NCBI GenBank assembly: GCA_965249725.1
Contig: CBDFMQ010000002.1
Coordinates: 2,016,001-2,080,000 of the forward strand
DNA length: 64,000 nucleotides
Direction: 5' to 3'
Source of the DNA: Longimicrobiales bacterium
Lineage (GTDB): Bacteria; Gemmatimonadota; Gemmatimonadetes; Longimicrobiales; Gaopeijiaceae
Of this stretch, positions 20,963-30,016 are shown one piece after another. How positions within the stretch are numbered: position 1 is the first letter of the stretch; every line of letters begins with the position of its first letter. Position numbers and translations under genes: made by a program. The notes beneath the pieces were generated by a model that was not told the DNA's origin, did no database searches, and worked only from the letters and a program-made list of their open reading frames with translations.

Positions 20963-22132
20963 GTGGAACACAGTGAAGTGGTTGTCGTGGGCGGCGGGGT
21001 CTTCGGAGCGACCGCTGCCGTGGAGCTAAGGACCCGTGGTCACGAGGTAACACTCGTGGACCCTGGCCCCCTCCCCCATCCGGACGCCAGCTCCACCGAC
21101 ATCAGCAAGGTCATCCGCGCCGACTACGGTCCGGACGTCTTCTACGCCCGGCTTGTCCGGGAATGCATCGACGGCTGGCACGAGTGGAACGCGGAGGCCG
21201 GACGGACGCTCTATCACGAGACCGGGTATCTGATCCTGGCTCGAGAAGAGATGCGGCCCGGCGGCTTCGAGCACGACAGTTGGGAAGTGCTGTCCCAGAT
21301 GGGGCACCCGCTCGAACGGCTGGCATCAGGCGAGCTCGGCCGCCGCTGGCCGAGCTGGAGTGAGGAGAGCTACCCGGACGGGTACTTCAACCGCAGGGCC
21401 GGGTGGGCCGAGAGCGGCAACGTGGTGTCGTGGCTCCTGGGGAAAGCGCGGGATTCGGGAGTGCGGCTCGTCGAGGGACAGACGATGAAAGCCCTGCTCG
21501 ACAGCGGGTCGCGGGTATCGGGCATCGTCACCGAGAGCGGCGAGGAGTACTCGGCTGACGTGGTGGTAGTGGCCGCGGGCGCGTGGACGCCCACGCTGCT
21601 CCCCTGGCTCGGCGACGCCCTCTGGTGCGTGGGACAGCCCGTCTATCACTTCCAACCGGCGGACCCGACCCCGTTCGATTCGAGAGTATTCCCGCCTTGG
21701 AGTGCGGACGTCGCGAACACCGGCTGGTACGGTTTCCCCATTCAGCCCGACGGGGTCCTCAAGGTAGCCAACCACGGGGACGGAATCCGGATTGATCCCC
21801 GAAGTGAGAAAGTCGTCCCGCTGGAGAATGACGAGAAGTTTCGAGCCTTCTTCGAGGAGACGTTGGGAGGACCGGCCGACACCCCGATCGTCAAGCGACG
21901 CCTCTGCCTCTACTGCGATTCGTGGGACGGAGACTTCTGGATCGACCGGGACCCGGCCCGGGAAGGGTTGGTCGTGGCCGCCGGCGGGAGCGGGCACGGG
22001 TTCAAGGTCGCACCCATGCTCGGGCAGATCACCGCGGATGTGGTTGAGGGGCACGACAACCCGTTCGCCTCGCGCTTCGCCTGGCGGGCACCCGGAACGC
22101 TCACGACCGAAGCCGCGCGATACACGAGCTAG
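20963..22132 (+). CDS. FAD-dependent amine oxidase (sarcosine/pipecolate/fructosyl-amino acid oxidase family)
   Basis: GGGVFG, ASSTDISKVIRADYG, CLYCD and GGSGHGFK motifs. Confidence 0.88.
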   Translation: MEHSEVVVVGGGVFGATAAVELRTRGHEVTLVDPGPLPHPDASSTDISKVIRADYGPDVFYARLVRECIDGWHEWNAEAGRTLYHETGYLILAREEMRPGGFEHDSWEVLSQMGHPLERLASGELGRRWPSWSEESYPDGYFNRRAGWAESGNVVSWLLGKARDSGVRLVEGQTMKALLDSGSRVSGIVTESGEEYSADVVVVAAGAWTPTLLPWLGDALWCVGQPVYHFQPADPTPFDSRVFPPWSADVANTGWYGFPIQPDGVLKVANHGDGIRIDPRSEKVVPLENDEKFRAFFEETLGGPADTPIVKRRLCLYCDSWDGDFWIDRDPAREGLVVAAGGSGHGFKVAPMLGQITADVVEGHDNPFASRFAWRAPGTLTTEAARYTS

Positions 22133-22674
22133 GCGTTGGTGCCTAGGGTGGTGCTTAAGTAGTTGTCCACGAGACCTCTCCGGTGATGGATCTCGTGTCC
22201 GGCGACTATGAAGGGAAACGTGCGGATGCTGAACGAGAAGCCGCTCGCCACGCCGGACCGGGTCCACGCCGCGTCAGGCAGTCCTCGGAATAAGGCAAGG
22301 GTCGAGCGCCTGACCGCCTCCAGCTCGGCCGCGAGTTCCGCGAGCGGACGGACCGCAGCGTTCGAGGCCGCCATGTAATCGTCCTGGTCCATCCCGGGGA
22401 GTGTGGCGGCGTCGGCCCGCGCGAACGAGAACGCACGGTGGGCGAAGATGCGCTCAGTGTCGATTATGTGTCCCACGACCTCACGCACGGACCACTTGTC
22501 GGATGCGTACCGATGGGCCTCCAATTCGGGCGAGATCGATGCCAGCAGATCGAGCGTGGTCACGATCTCCGTGCTCAGAATCTCAAGAACGTCGCCGTCG
22601 GGCACCTGGTCTATGTAGGTGCTGTAGTACGCCTCGTATTCCTCTTGGCTCGGGCGTTGGAGGACTACGGTCAT
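22129..22674 (-). CDS. DinB family protein
   Basis: YYSTYID.V, KWSVREVVGH and GHEIHH motifs. Confidence 0.88.
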   Translation of the reverse strand: MTVVLQRPSQEEYEAYYSTYIDQVPDGDVLEILSTEIVTTLDLLASISPELEAHRYASDKWSVREVVGHIIDTERIFAHRAFSFARADAATLPGMDQDDYMAASNAAVRPLAELAAELEAVRRSTLALFRGLPDAAWTRSGVASGFSFSIRTFPFIVAGHEIHHRRGLVDNYLSTTLGTNA

Positions 22675-23126
22675 CGAGAACTCCTGGTGAAGAGCAGCCT
22701 GTTGCCCGACGGGAACAGCAGCGTCATCCGGTCGCCCTCCACATACGCGTTGGACGGCTCCCGAGGTGCATCCTCGAGATCGTGGTATACCATCTGCAGC
22801 GGCGCCTCCGGCCGCCCTTCGATGGCCTCCCCCTTTGAGAGGTTGTAGAGGTGCACGAACAAGAGTGCGTCACCCTCCAGTGTGTAGGTGCCCCCCTCGG
22901 CGGAGCCTCTCCTGACCTCACCGTCCTCGCCGACAACGAAGAACAGGACCTGCCAGTCGGACTCCGTGAAGAAGATCCGTCCCTCCGCACGGTGCTCGGC
23001 GCCGTCCTTCATTTGGTACGTGTGCGCGCTCCAGGCACCCTTGATGTTCTGCTCCTGAGCAGATCCCGGAACCGCCCAAGCGCCCAGGGCGACCAGGGCA
23101 CAGACGATGCCGACCAGGGCCCTCAT
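22671..23126 (-). CDS. Secreted hypothetical protein (lipocalin-like beta fold possible)
   Basis: Signal peptide from MRALVG. ATGA overlap with the upstream amidohydrolase stop. Confidence 0.75.
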   Translation of the reverse strand: MRALVGIVCALVALGAWAVPGSAQEQNIKGAWSAHTYQMKDGAEHRAEGRIFFTESDWQVLFFVVGEDGEVRRGSAEGGTYTLEGDALLFVHLYNLSKGEAIEGRPEAPLQMVYHDLEDAPREPSNAYVEGDRMTLLFPSGNRLLFTRSSR

Positions 23127-26100
23127 CGGATTCCCGCCCTCGGCGTGGGCTGGGCATCGCTCTGCCAGTAGAAGGGACCCGCCTCCCGCTGCCGAGGCCA
23201 AATCTCGTCCAGCGAATCACCATCGTAGAGTCTTCCGTCTTTCATGACTTGATCCACCGTATTCGTGTTTCGAAGATCCTGAAGCGGATTCCCGTCCAGG
23301 ATCACAAGGTCCGCCAGTTTGCCGGGTTCGACGGATCCGAGGTCTAGGTCCAGGCCGAGTGCCTCCGCACCGATCCGCGTAGCGATGGCCAGCGCCTCAT
23401 GCTCCGTCATGTCGCTCGAGGAGCCCACCAGCCAAAGCTCCCAGTGGTACCCCAACCCCTGAAGTTGTCCGTGACTCCCCACACCCGCACGCCCGCCTGC
23501 CTCGACCACGTCGTCGATGAAGTCGGAGATCTCTGAGAATATGAACTGGCTCTCGTGGAACCACCCCGACGGACCTGGGCCGGGCCGGGGGCGTCGCAAC
23601 GCCTTTCTCTGGATCTCCTCGAACGGAGTGAACGTCCGCAACTTCTGGTCATCGAGCACGTCTTCGGTGGCGTAGAAGTAGTTCTCACCCCAAGGTCCGC
23701 CGTAGGTGACGAGAAGGGTGGGCGTGGTCGCCATACCGGACTGCGCCACCAATTGCACTACATCGTCGTACAGGGGCACGCCGGGCAGATTGTGCTCCGT
23801 GCCCGAATACCCGTCGATGGCCATGGTCAGGTTGACCTTCAGGTCCAAGCCGCCCTCGGTGGTGGGCATGAGTTCCAACTCGCGCGCAGCATCGATGATC
23901 CACTGGCGCTGCTCGCGGTTGCCCGCCGCGTACATCTTGATGGTCTTGGTGTCGTAGTAGTTGCTGTAGCGTTTGAGCACACTAGTGGCGTGGTCCAGGC
24001 TCTTGATACGCTCCGAGCTGAATACGCCCGGTCCGGTGGAGTAGACCCTGGGGCCTAGTGCCGTGCCCGCCCGGACTCGGTCCTCGTACGACAGCACGTC
24101 CGTGGTCCCCGTTTGCGGGTCCCGAGCCGTCGTCACCCCGTAGGCCAGGTTCGCCGCGTAGGACCACGGTTGCACCCGGTGGAAACCATTGGCGGTCCGC
24201 AGGTGGGCATGAGTGTCGACGTAGCCCGGTACCACCGTCTTGCCCGTGATATCGATGACTTCGGCACCCTCGGGAACGGCCACTGCGCCTCGCGGCCCTA
24301 CCGACACGATCCGGTTTCCTTCTACGACCAGATCGGCGTTCTCGATGACCTCGTCGCCCCGCATGGTGATGACGCGCCCGCCGCGCAGGACGGCCGTGCT
24401 CTGGTGCGAGTCGCGTTGAATCTCGATGCTGATCCTTGTCTCCGCCGGCTCGTAGGCCGCGTCGTCCTCGTCACCTTCCTCATCTCCCTCGTCCTCCGCA
24501 GCAGGGTCGGCGTCTGGCGCGTCCTCCACCTCTGCCCGTGCCGCTGCGGCCACGCTGTCCTCGAACGCTTCGGCGGCATCCAGGTCGTAGACCACGTGGG
24601 CGTTGCCGATCGACCAGTGGACCGTCCGACCGTCACTGGCCCAGGCGGGGAACTGGCCCCCGATGTCGGTGAGCTTGCGCGCGGGGAACGATGCCTTGTC
24701 GGGATCGTCCACCGAGATGGTGGGGGTCTCACCACCGACCCTCGGTACCGTAACGACGTAGAGGTCGTGCAGTACCTGAGCCAGGGCCTGATCACCTGTG
24801 GGAGCCATCAGGACGAAGGATGCACGTTGAGGCTGCTCGGCTCCAGGCACGGTACCGCCCGTCACCTTCACGAGTCCCTTTCGGTCGGTCCCATCCCACC
24901 TCATCGAGATGAGCCCGTCGGTGCTGCTAGACGCGAAGATGCGCGCCGGGTCGTTCGTGAAGTGCGGCGCCGAGAGCGACCCCATGGGTGTGACCAACGT
25001 GGTGGGGCCACCTGCCGCCGGAATCCAAACGAGATCCTGTGGCTCGGTGGGGGAGCCACGCTCGATCGCCTCCTCGTACGCCCGTGCAGAGCCCTGTACC
25101 ACAAGGATCCGCTCGCCGTCCGGGGACCACTTGGGGGTGGTGTAGAGGCCCGCGGCTTCGGTCAACCGCTCCGCATCGCCGCTTCCGTTCGAACGGACTC
25201 TGTAGAGATGTCCCTGCGTGTCGTCGCGCCAACCGCTGAAGGCGATCCACTGACCGTCCGGAGACCAGGCAGGTTGGTGCTGCATGGCGTCGACGTCGGT
25301 GGCGAGCCGCTGTGGCGTACCGTCGGGATAGTCCATGACGTACAACTTGCTGAGCACGGTGAACGCCAGCCGCCCACCACCCGGTGCCGGAACCGCATCC
25401 CGGACTTGCTTGGCGATGAACGTCGGCGCGTTGTCGATCAGATAGTTGAAGTCCACCGACGGACCGATGGGGATATTCACGTCTACCACGAACTGCACTT
25501 GCGTCGGTTCGGAGCCGTCCACGGGGACTCGCCAGATGCCGCCGCCGTAGCTGACCACGACCTCGCGAGAGTCGGGCGTGAAGGACATTCCGGGGTAGGC
25601 GTCCCGACTCGCGCGGCTCTCCTGGTCGTCTCGTTGAACGGGGTGGGCGAGCCAGCGCTCCTCCCCGTTGGTGAGGTCTCGAATCCGGAGAGCCGTCTCG
25701 GCGACGTGCCGCGTCGCGTAGACCAACCAACGCCCGTCGGGCGACAGGGTCGGGCGGACCGCGCCGCCGTACCGGCTCGAGCGACTGAAGGTCTCTCCGG
25801 TCTCACGATCGTAGACCCTCAACTGATAGTCGCTCCCATCCGAGTTGTACTCCCAGGAGCCGGTCCTTTGGGCATACCAGACGAATCGCTCGTCGGAGCC
25901 GAACGCGGCGCCGGTGGCCCGAATACCGTCGTCGTCGTCCGAGGTGACCTCGACCCCGGATCCACCCTCCACATGGTACATCCAGATCTTTCCGGCTCCC
26001 GGGGGTCGCTTCGTGGCCAGGACGTAGTCCCCGTCGGGGGTCCATTCGGGCGACTGGTACGACGCGTCCTTCCCCTCGGTGACCTGGACCGTGTCGCTCT

Positions 26101-26494
26101 TGTCGAGCGAGATGATCCACACGTTCTCGCCACCGTCCCGGTCGGATGTGTAGACGACCCGCTGACCATCGGGACTGAACCGGGGCTGGCCGTCGAACGC
26201 CATTCCTTGGGTCAGCTGCGTGGGGACTCCGCCGGAGATGGGCATGGTGTACAGATCTCCAAGGAGGTCGAAAACGAGCATCCCCCCGTCCGGGCTCACG
26301 TCGATCGAGAGCCACGAGCCCTCAGTGAGGGTCGCTTGGACACGCCTTCCGACCTCGAGAGGCAGACCCTCCTGCTCGATGTCCTCCTCATCCCCTCCGG
26401 GTTCGGCCTGCCCTGCGAGGGGCGACGCCAGTCCCAGGAAAAGCGCCGACACCACGACCACTGACCCTCCGGCCACCATCTGTGCTCTGTTCAT
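23123..26494 (-). CDS. Secreted amidohydrolase with N-terminal TolB/PD40 beta-propellers
   Basis: Repeated P.(F/W)SPDG motifs, PGYVDTHAH and GSVEPGKLADLV. Start trimmed to MNRAQM. Confidence 0.92.
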   Translation of the reverse strand: MNRAQMVAGGSVVVVSALFLGLASPLAGQAEPGGDEEDIEQEGLPLEVGRRVQATLTEGSWLSIDVSPDGGMLVFDLLGDLYTMPISGGVPTQLTQGMAFDGQPRFSPDGQRVVYTSDRDGGENVWIISLDKSDTVQVTEGKDASYQSPEWTPDGDYVLATKRPPGAGKIWMYHVEGGSGVEVTSDDDDGIRATGAAFGSDERFVWYAQRTGSWEYNSDGSDYQLRVYDRETGETFSRSSRYGGAVRPTLSPDGRWLVYATRHVAETALRIRDLTNGEERWLAHPVQRDDQESRASRDAYPGMSFTPDSREVVVSYGGGIWRVPVDGSEPTQVQFVVDVNIPIGPSVDFNYLIDNAPTFIAKQVRDAVPAPGGGRLAFTVLSKLYVMDYPDGTPQRLATDVDAMQHQPAWSPDGQWIAFSGWRDDTQGHLYRVRSNGSGDAERLTEAAGLYTTPKWSPDGERILVVQGSARAYEEAIERGSPTEPQDLVWIPAAGGPTTLVTPMGSLSAPHFTNDPARIFASSSTDGLISMRWDGTDRKGLVKVTGGTVPGAEQPQRASFVLMAPTGDQALAQVLHDLYVVTVPRVGGETPTISVDDPDKASFPARKLTDIGGQFPAWASDGRTVHWSIGNAHVVYDLDAAEAFEDSVAAAARAEVEDAPDADPAAEDEGDEEGDEDDAAYEPAETRISIEIQRDSHQSTAVLRGGRVITMRGDEVIENADLVVEGNRIVSVGPRGAVAVPEGAEVIDITGKTVVPGYVDTHAHLRTANGFHRVQPWSYAANLAYGVTTARDPQTGTTDVLSYEDRVRAGTALGPRVYSTGPGVFSSERIKSLDHATSVLKRYSNYYDTKTIKMYAAGNREQRQWIIDAARELELMPTTEGGLDLKVNLTMAIDGYSGTEHNLPGVPLYDDVVQLVAQSGMATTPTLLVTYGGPWGENYFYATEDVLDDQKLRTFTPFEEIQRKALRRPRPGPGPSGWFHESQFIFSEISDFIDDVVEAGGRAGVGSHGQLQGLGYHWELWLVGSSSDMTEHEALAIATRIGAEALGLDLDLGSVEPGKLADLVILDGNPLQDLRNTNTVDQVMKDGRLYDGDSLDEIWPRQREAGPFYWQSDAQPTPRAGIR

Positions 26495-26512
26495 GAAGCT
26501 CGTTCCAACGAA

Positions 26513-26538
26513 AGCGTTTGCATACAGCGTTTGCATAC
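26513..26538. repeat. Perfect 13-bp tandem duplication AGCGTTTGCATAC x2
   Basis: Read directly. Lies 19-44 nt upstream of the amidohydrolase start. Confidence 0.9.
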
Positions 26539-26834
26539 GAAGTAAGGCATCCCGCCACCCTTCCGGAAACCGGAAACACTGGCGGCGGGACTCCAAGATG
26601 GGACGAACGGCGCCGGCCGCTACCCTCGCTCTCCGAACCGCGCTAGAATCGGGGCACGGCGGTCGATTCGAGCTTCCGCCACAGGCGCGGCTCGCCGACG
26701 CGCCGTCGATGGATAGAAGAGCCGAAGCACTCCCGAACGAGGCCGAAATGCGTAGTTGCTCCACGTACACTCCTCCCCGGACGACTTCGGGGTGGAGCCG
26801 ATCGGGGGGAACTAGGCGCGGCTAGCGTTTCCTA

Positions 26835-27059
26835 CTAGCGCTTCCTGATCAGCACGGAGAGGACGATGCCTGCGGCGATCGCCAGGCCGAGTACCGTCTT
26901 GGCCGTTTCGCTGAGCCGGTTCTCCAGGTCTTCGATGGCCTCGCGGCCAGTCGGAGCCGCCGGATCCTGACTCATATGGACTGCACAGAACTCGGAGCCC
27001 TCAAGCGCGTTGAGCCGACACTGAGCCCCCTTTTTTGTCGTAGCGTTGCAGCGTGCCAC
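26835..27059 (-). CDS. Small Cys/His (DUF5763-like) protein with C-terminal TM anchor
   Basis: RCNATTKKGAQCRLNA.....CAVH motif, GGAGG RBS and a hydrophobic tail. Confidence 0.75.
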   Translation of the reverse strand: MARCNATTKKGAQCRLNALEGSEFCAVHMSQDPAAPTGREAIEDLENRLSETAKTVLGLAIAAGIVLSVLIRKR

Positions 27060-27165
27060 CGACCAACCTCCTAACCGCTATCAGGCGAATCGCGTCGCCC
27101 GGTGTCTTTGGTTCCACACAAACATACGTACGAGCGGACGATCCGGATTCATCCCGAGGCCTCTT

Positions 27166-28711
27166 CTACCCGAACTCGATGCCCTGCGCCAGGGGCAGCT
27201 CCGTACTCCAGTTGACCGTGTTCGTCTGACGCCGCATGTAGGCCTTCCAAGCGTCCGATCCGCCCACCCCCCGTCTCCTTCTCACCACCAAAGGCCCCAC
27301 CGATCTCGGCACCGCTGGTGCCGATGTTCACGTTGGCGATCCCGCAGTCGCTTCCGCGGTGCGACAGGAAGTACTCGGCCTCGCGGACGTGGTCCGTGAA
27401 GATGGCGGAGGAGAGTCCCTGAGGGACGCCGTTGTGGATCGCCATGGCTTCGCCGAGCTCATCCACCGATCCCCTGGGCGAGGAGGATGCCTCCCCGTAT
27501 CCGATGATGTACAGGATCGGAGCGAACGTCTCTTCCTGTACGATGTCGTACTCGTTCTTGGCCGCAGCGATGCACGGGGTCACATAGTGACCACCCGGAT
27601 ACTCATCTCCTTCGAGTCGTTCGCCACCATAGAGCACGTCTCCACCCTCCTCTTGCACCCGTCGAACCGCACCAAGCAGGTCGTCTACGGCTCCATGATT
27701 CACGAGCGGACCCATGAGCGTTTCGGGGTCGCGCGGATCACCGATGCGCACTCCTTCATACGCGCGGATGAGCCGGCCCACCAACTCTTCCCGCATCGAC
27801 TCGTGCACGATGATGCGCCTCGTGCTCGTGCAGCGCTGGCCCGCGGTGCCGACCGAACCGAAGACGATGCCCGGCAAGGCAATGTCCAGGTTGGCATGCG
27901 GCGTGACGATGATCGCGTTGTTTCCGCCGAGCTCGAGGATGGACCTCCCCAGCCTCTTGCCCACGACTTCGGCAACGCGATAGCCGACGGCACAACTTCC
28001 GGTCGCGGACACGAGGGGGATGCGACGGTCGTGCAGCAGACGATCCCCGACGCTGGAGCCCTTCCCGACGGTGAGCGAGAAGATCGCCGGATCCACTCCG
28101 TTCTGCTCACAGACCTCCTGGGCAATCTTGGTCACGGCGATCGCCGTCAACGGCGTCTGGCTGGCCGGCTTCCACAGGACCGAGTCGCCGCAGACCGACG
28201 CCAGCGCCGCGTTCCAGCTCCACACCGCGACTGGGAAGTTGAAAGCACTGATGACACCCACCACCCCGAGAGGATGCCACTGCTCCATCATGCGGTGGTC
28301 CTGGCGCTCCGAGGCAATCGTGAGTCCGTAGAGCTGTCTGCTGAGTCCGGTGGCGAAGTCGCAGATGTCGATCATCTCCTGCACCTCGCCCTCACCCTCC
28401 GCCTGGATCTTCCCCATCTTGAGCGCGACCAATGCACCCAGATCTGTCTTCAACTCGCGAAGCCTATCGCCGATCTGTCGCACGACCTCGCCTCGCTGAG
28501 GCGCGGGTACGGTCCGCCAGTGGAGGAACGCCTCGTGGGCCCGGTCCACGATCCGATCGTACTCGTCCTCGGTGACCTGCTGCACCGTCCCGATGACCGA
28601 TCCGTCGATGGGGGTAGTGACCTGGAGTTCGGGGCCCGAGCCCAGCCACTCGTCGCAGAATCCTCCGAGGTTGTCGCTCTCGATGCCGAGGGTCTTCAAG
28701 ACGTCGCTCAT
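27166..28711 (-). pseudogene. ALDH7 / piperideine-6-carboxylate dehydrogenase, frameshifted near the C-terminus
   Basis: EGEGEVQEMIDICD, ELGGNNA and AGQRCT motifs. After GGEKETGGG the conserved tail [31 protein letters not shown] continues in another frame, with TAG at 27166. Confidence 0.85.
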
Positions 28712-28816
28712 GCAGTTTCCTATGCAGATATGGCCGACACAGGGGGCGTGCGACCGATCTATTCCGATGAGAAGCAGCAGGAAAGATGGCCGGTTCCTGC
28801 CGGGGTGTCCACGAGC

Positions 28817-28897
28817 GGAGAGACCGTGAAAACACCGCGGTCACAACCGGGTCCGGTCCGCCTTCCCGGCAATGGACGAACTCTCAGGCTCCAGGAC
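28817..28897 (+). promoter_or_regulatory. Degenerate glycine-riboswitch-like aptamer
   Basis: GGAGAGACCG-hairpin ... AACTCTCAGGCTCCAGGAC, but the central CGCCGAAGG is missing. Confidence 0.3.
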
Positions 28898-29002
28898 GGT
28901 ATGAGAGGCGTCGGCGCCCGAGGGGGGCCACGGAATCCGCGGTGGACGGGGTGGGGACAGTGGTCGTCCGTGGCCTGAACCGCGCTTCATTGGAGGTCCA
29001 GC

Positions 29003-29962
29003 ATGTCTTTCCGTCATAGCACCGCCATCGCCCTCAGCCTGCTCCTCGTTACCGGATGCAGCTCCGACGGCGAAGCCGACGGGGGAGCCCGACGTGGAGC
29101 CCAGCGTGGAGCCCAACGTGCAGTGGAAACCGGAGCCGACCGGGCGGTAGGGGCGGCTATCGTAGCACCCGGCACGCTGTCGACCGATGCCGGGGAGTCC
29201 TGGATCAGCTTCGATCCGACCCAGCAGATAGCCGTGTTCGGTCGGCACGACTCAGGTTGGGGTGACCACACCGTCTACGTCGCTCGCCGCACGGCCGACG
29301 GCTGGACCGAACCGAGGGTGACCCCCTTCTCCGGGCAGTACGCCGACCGAGGGGCCCGCCTCACAGCCGACGGCGCCGTCCTGTTCTATTCGTCCAATCG
29401 GCCACGCGCCGACGAAGGTGAAGAGGCCCAGGACGACTTCGATATCTGGCTCATTCAGCTTCTGGCGGACGGCTGGGGACCGCCGCGACCGCTCCCCGCC
29501 CCCCTGAACAGCGATGCCAACGAGATCCACCCGTCCGTGGCCGTGGACGGGACGGTCTACTTCGCTTCGGATCGCGAAGGGGGACTCGGGCGGTCCGACC
29601 TCTATGCGGCCACGCCCGGTCCATCGGGCTATGCAGTGGAGTCTTTGGGACCCGTCGTGAATACCGAGCACTCCGAACCCGACGTTTACGTGGATCCTCA
29701 GCAGCGGTTCATCATCTTCGCCCGGACGGACGATCCGGAAGGGTACGGCGGGGATGACCTATGGTTCTCCATGCGCACCGAGGACGGTTGGTCGGCGCCT
29801 CGCAACCTGGGGCCGGAGGTCAACTCATCCGAGTACGAGTACGGCCCGACGCTCTCGGCAGATGGTCGCACGCTCTACTTCACGAGCCACAGAGACGGCG
29901 ATGCGGACATCTTCGCGATCGAAGCCGCACGGGCGGGGATTCAGGTCTCCGAGACCAACTGA
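29003..29962 (+). CDS. PD40/TolB-like beta-propeller lipoprotein
   Basis: Lipobox VTGC, repeated NS...E..P and YF.S.R motifs, and a GGAGG RBS. Confidence 0.87.
   Translation: MSFRHSTAIALSLLLVTGCSSDGEADGGARRGAQRGAQRAVETGADRAVGAAIVAPGTLSTDAGESWISFDPTQQIAVFGRHDSGWGDHTVYVARRTADGWTEPRVTPFSGQYADRGARLTADGAVLFYSSNRPRADEGEEAQDDFDIWLIQLLADGWGPPRPLPAPLNSDANEIHPSVAVDGTVYFASDREGGLGRSDLYAATPGPSGYAVESLGPVVNTEHSEPDVYVDPQQRFIIFARTDDPEGYGGDDLWFSMRTEDGWSAPRNLGPEVNSSEYEYGPTLSADGRTLYFTSHRDGDADIFAIEAARAGIQVSETN
29082..29117. repeat. 12-bp tandem repeat GTGGAGCCCA(G/A)C x3 (degenerate)
   Basis: GGGGAGCCCGAC GTGGAGCCCAGC GTGGAGCCCAAC, encoding GARRGAQRGAQR. Confidence 0.85.
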
Positions 29963-30016
29963 AGGCCAGCTCGACTCGACCGTGGCTCCGGGCTCGGGCC
30001 TTGGCGCAGAGCGCAA

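Noticed and set aside
24113..26464. 783-aa plus-strand ORF, and similar long ORFs at 18682-20067, 27359-28978, 44125-45726 and 51830-53383
   Set aside because: These are antisense shadows of well-supported genes, expected at high GC, with no motifs of their own.
26560..26830. Gene remnant or ncRNA upstream of the amidohydrolase
   Set aside because: No recognisable protein in the frames I translated and no convincing RNA motif. The ORF-track N-terminal extension looks spurious.
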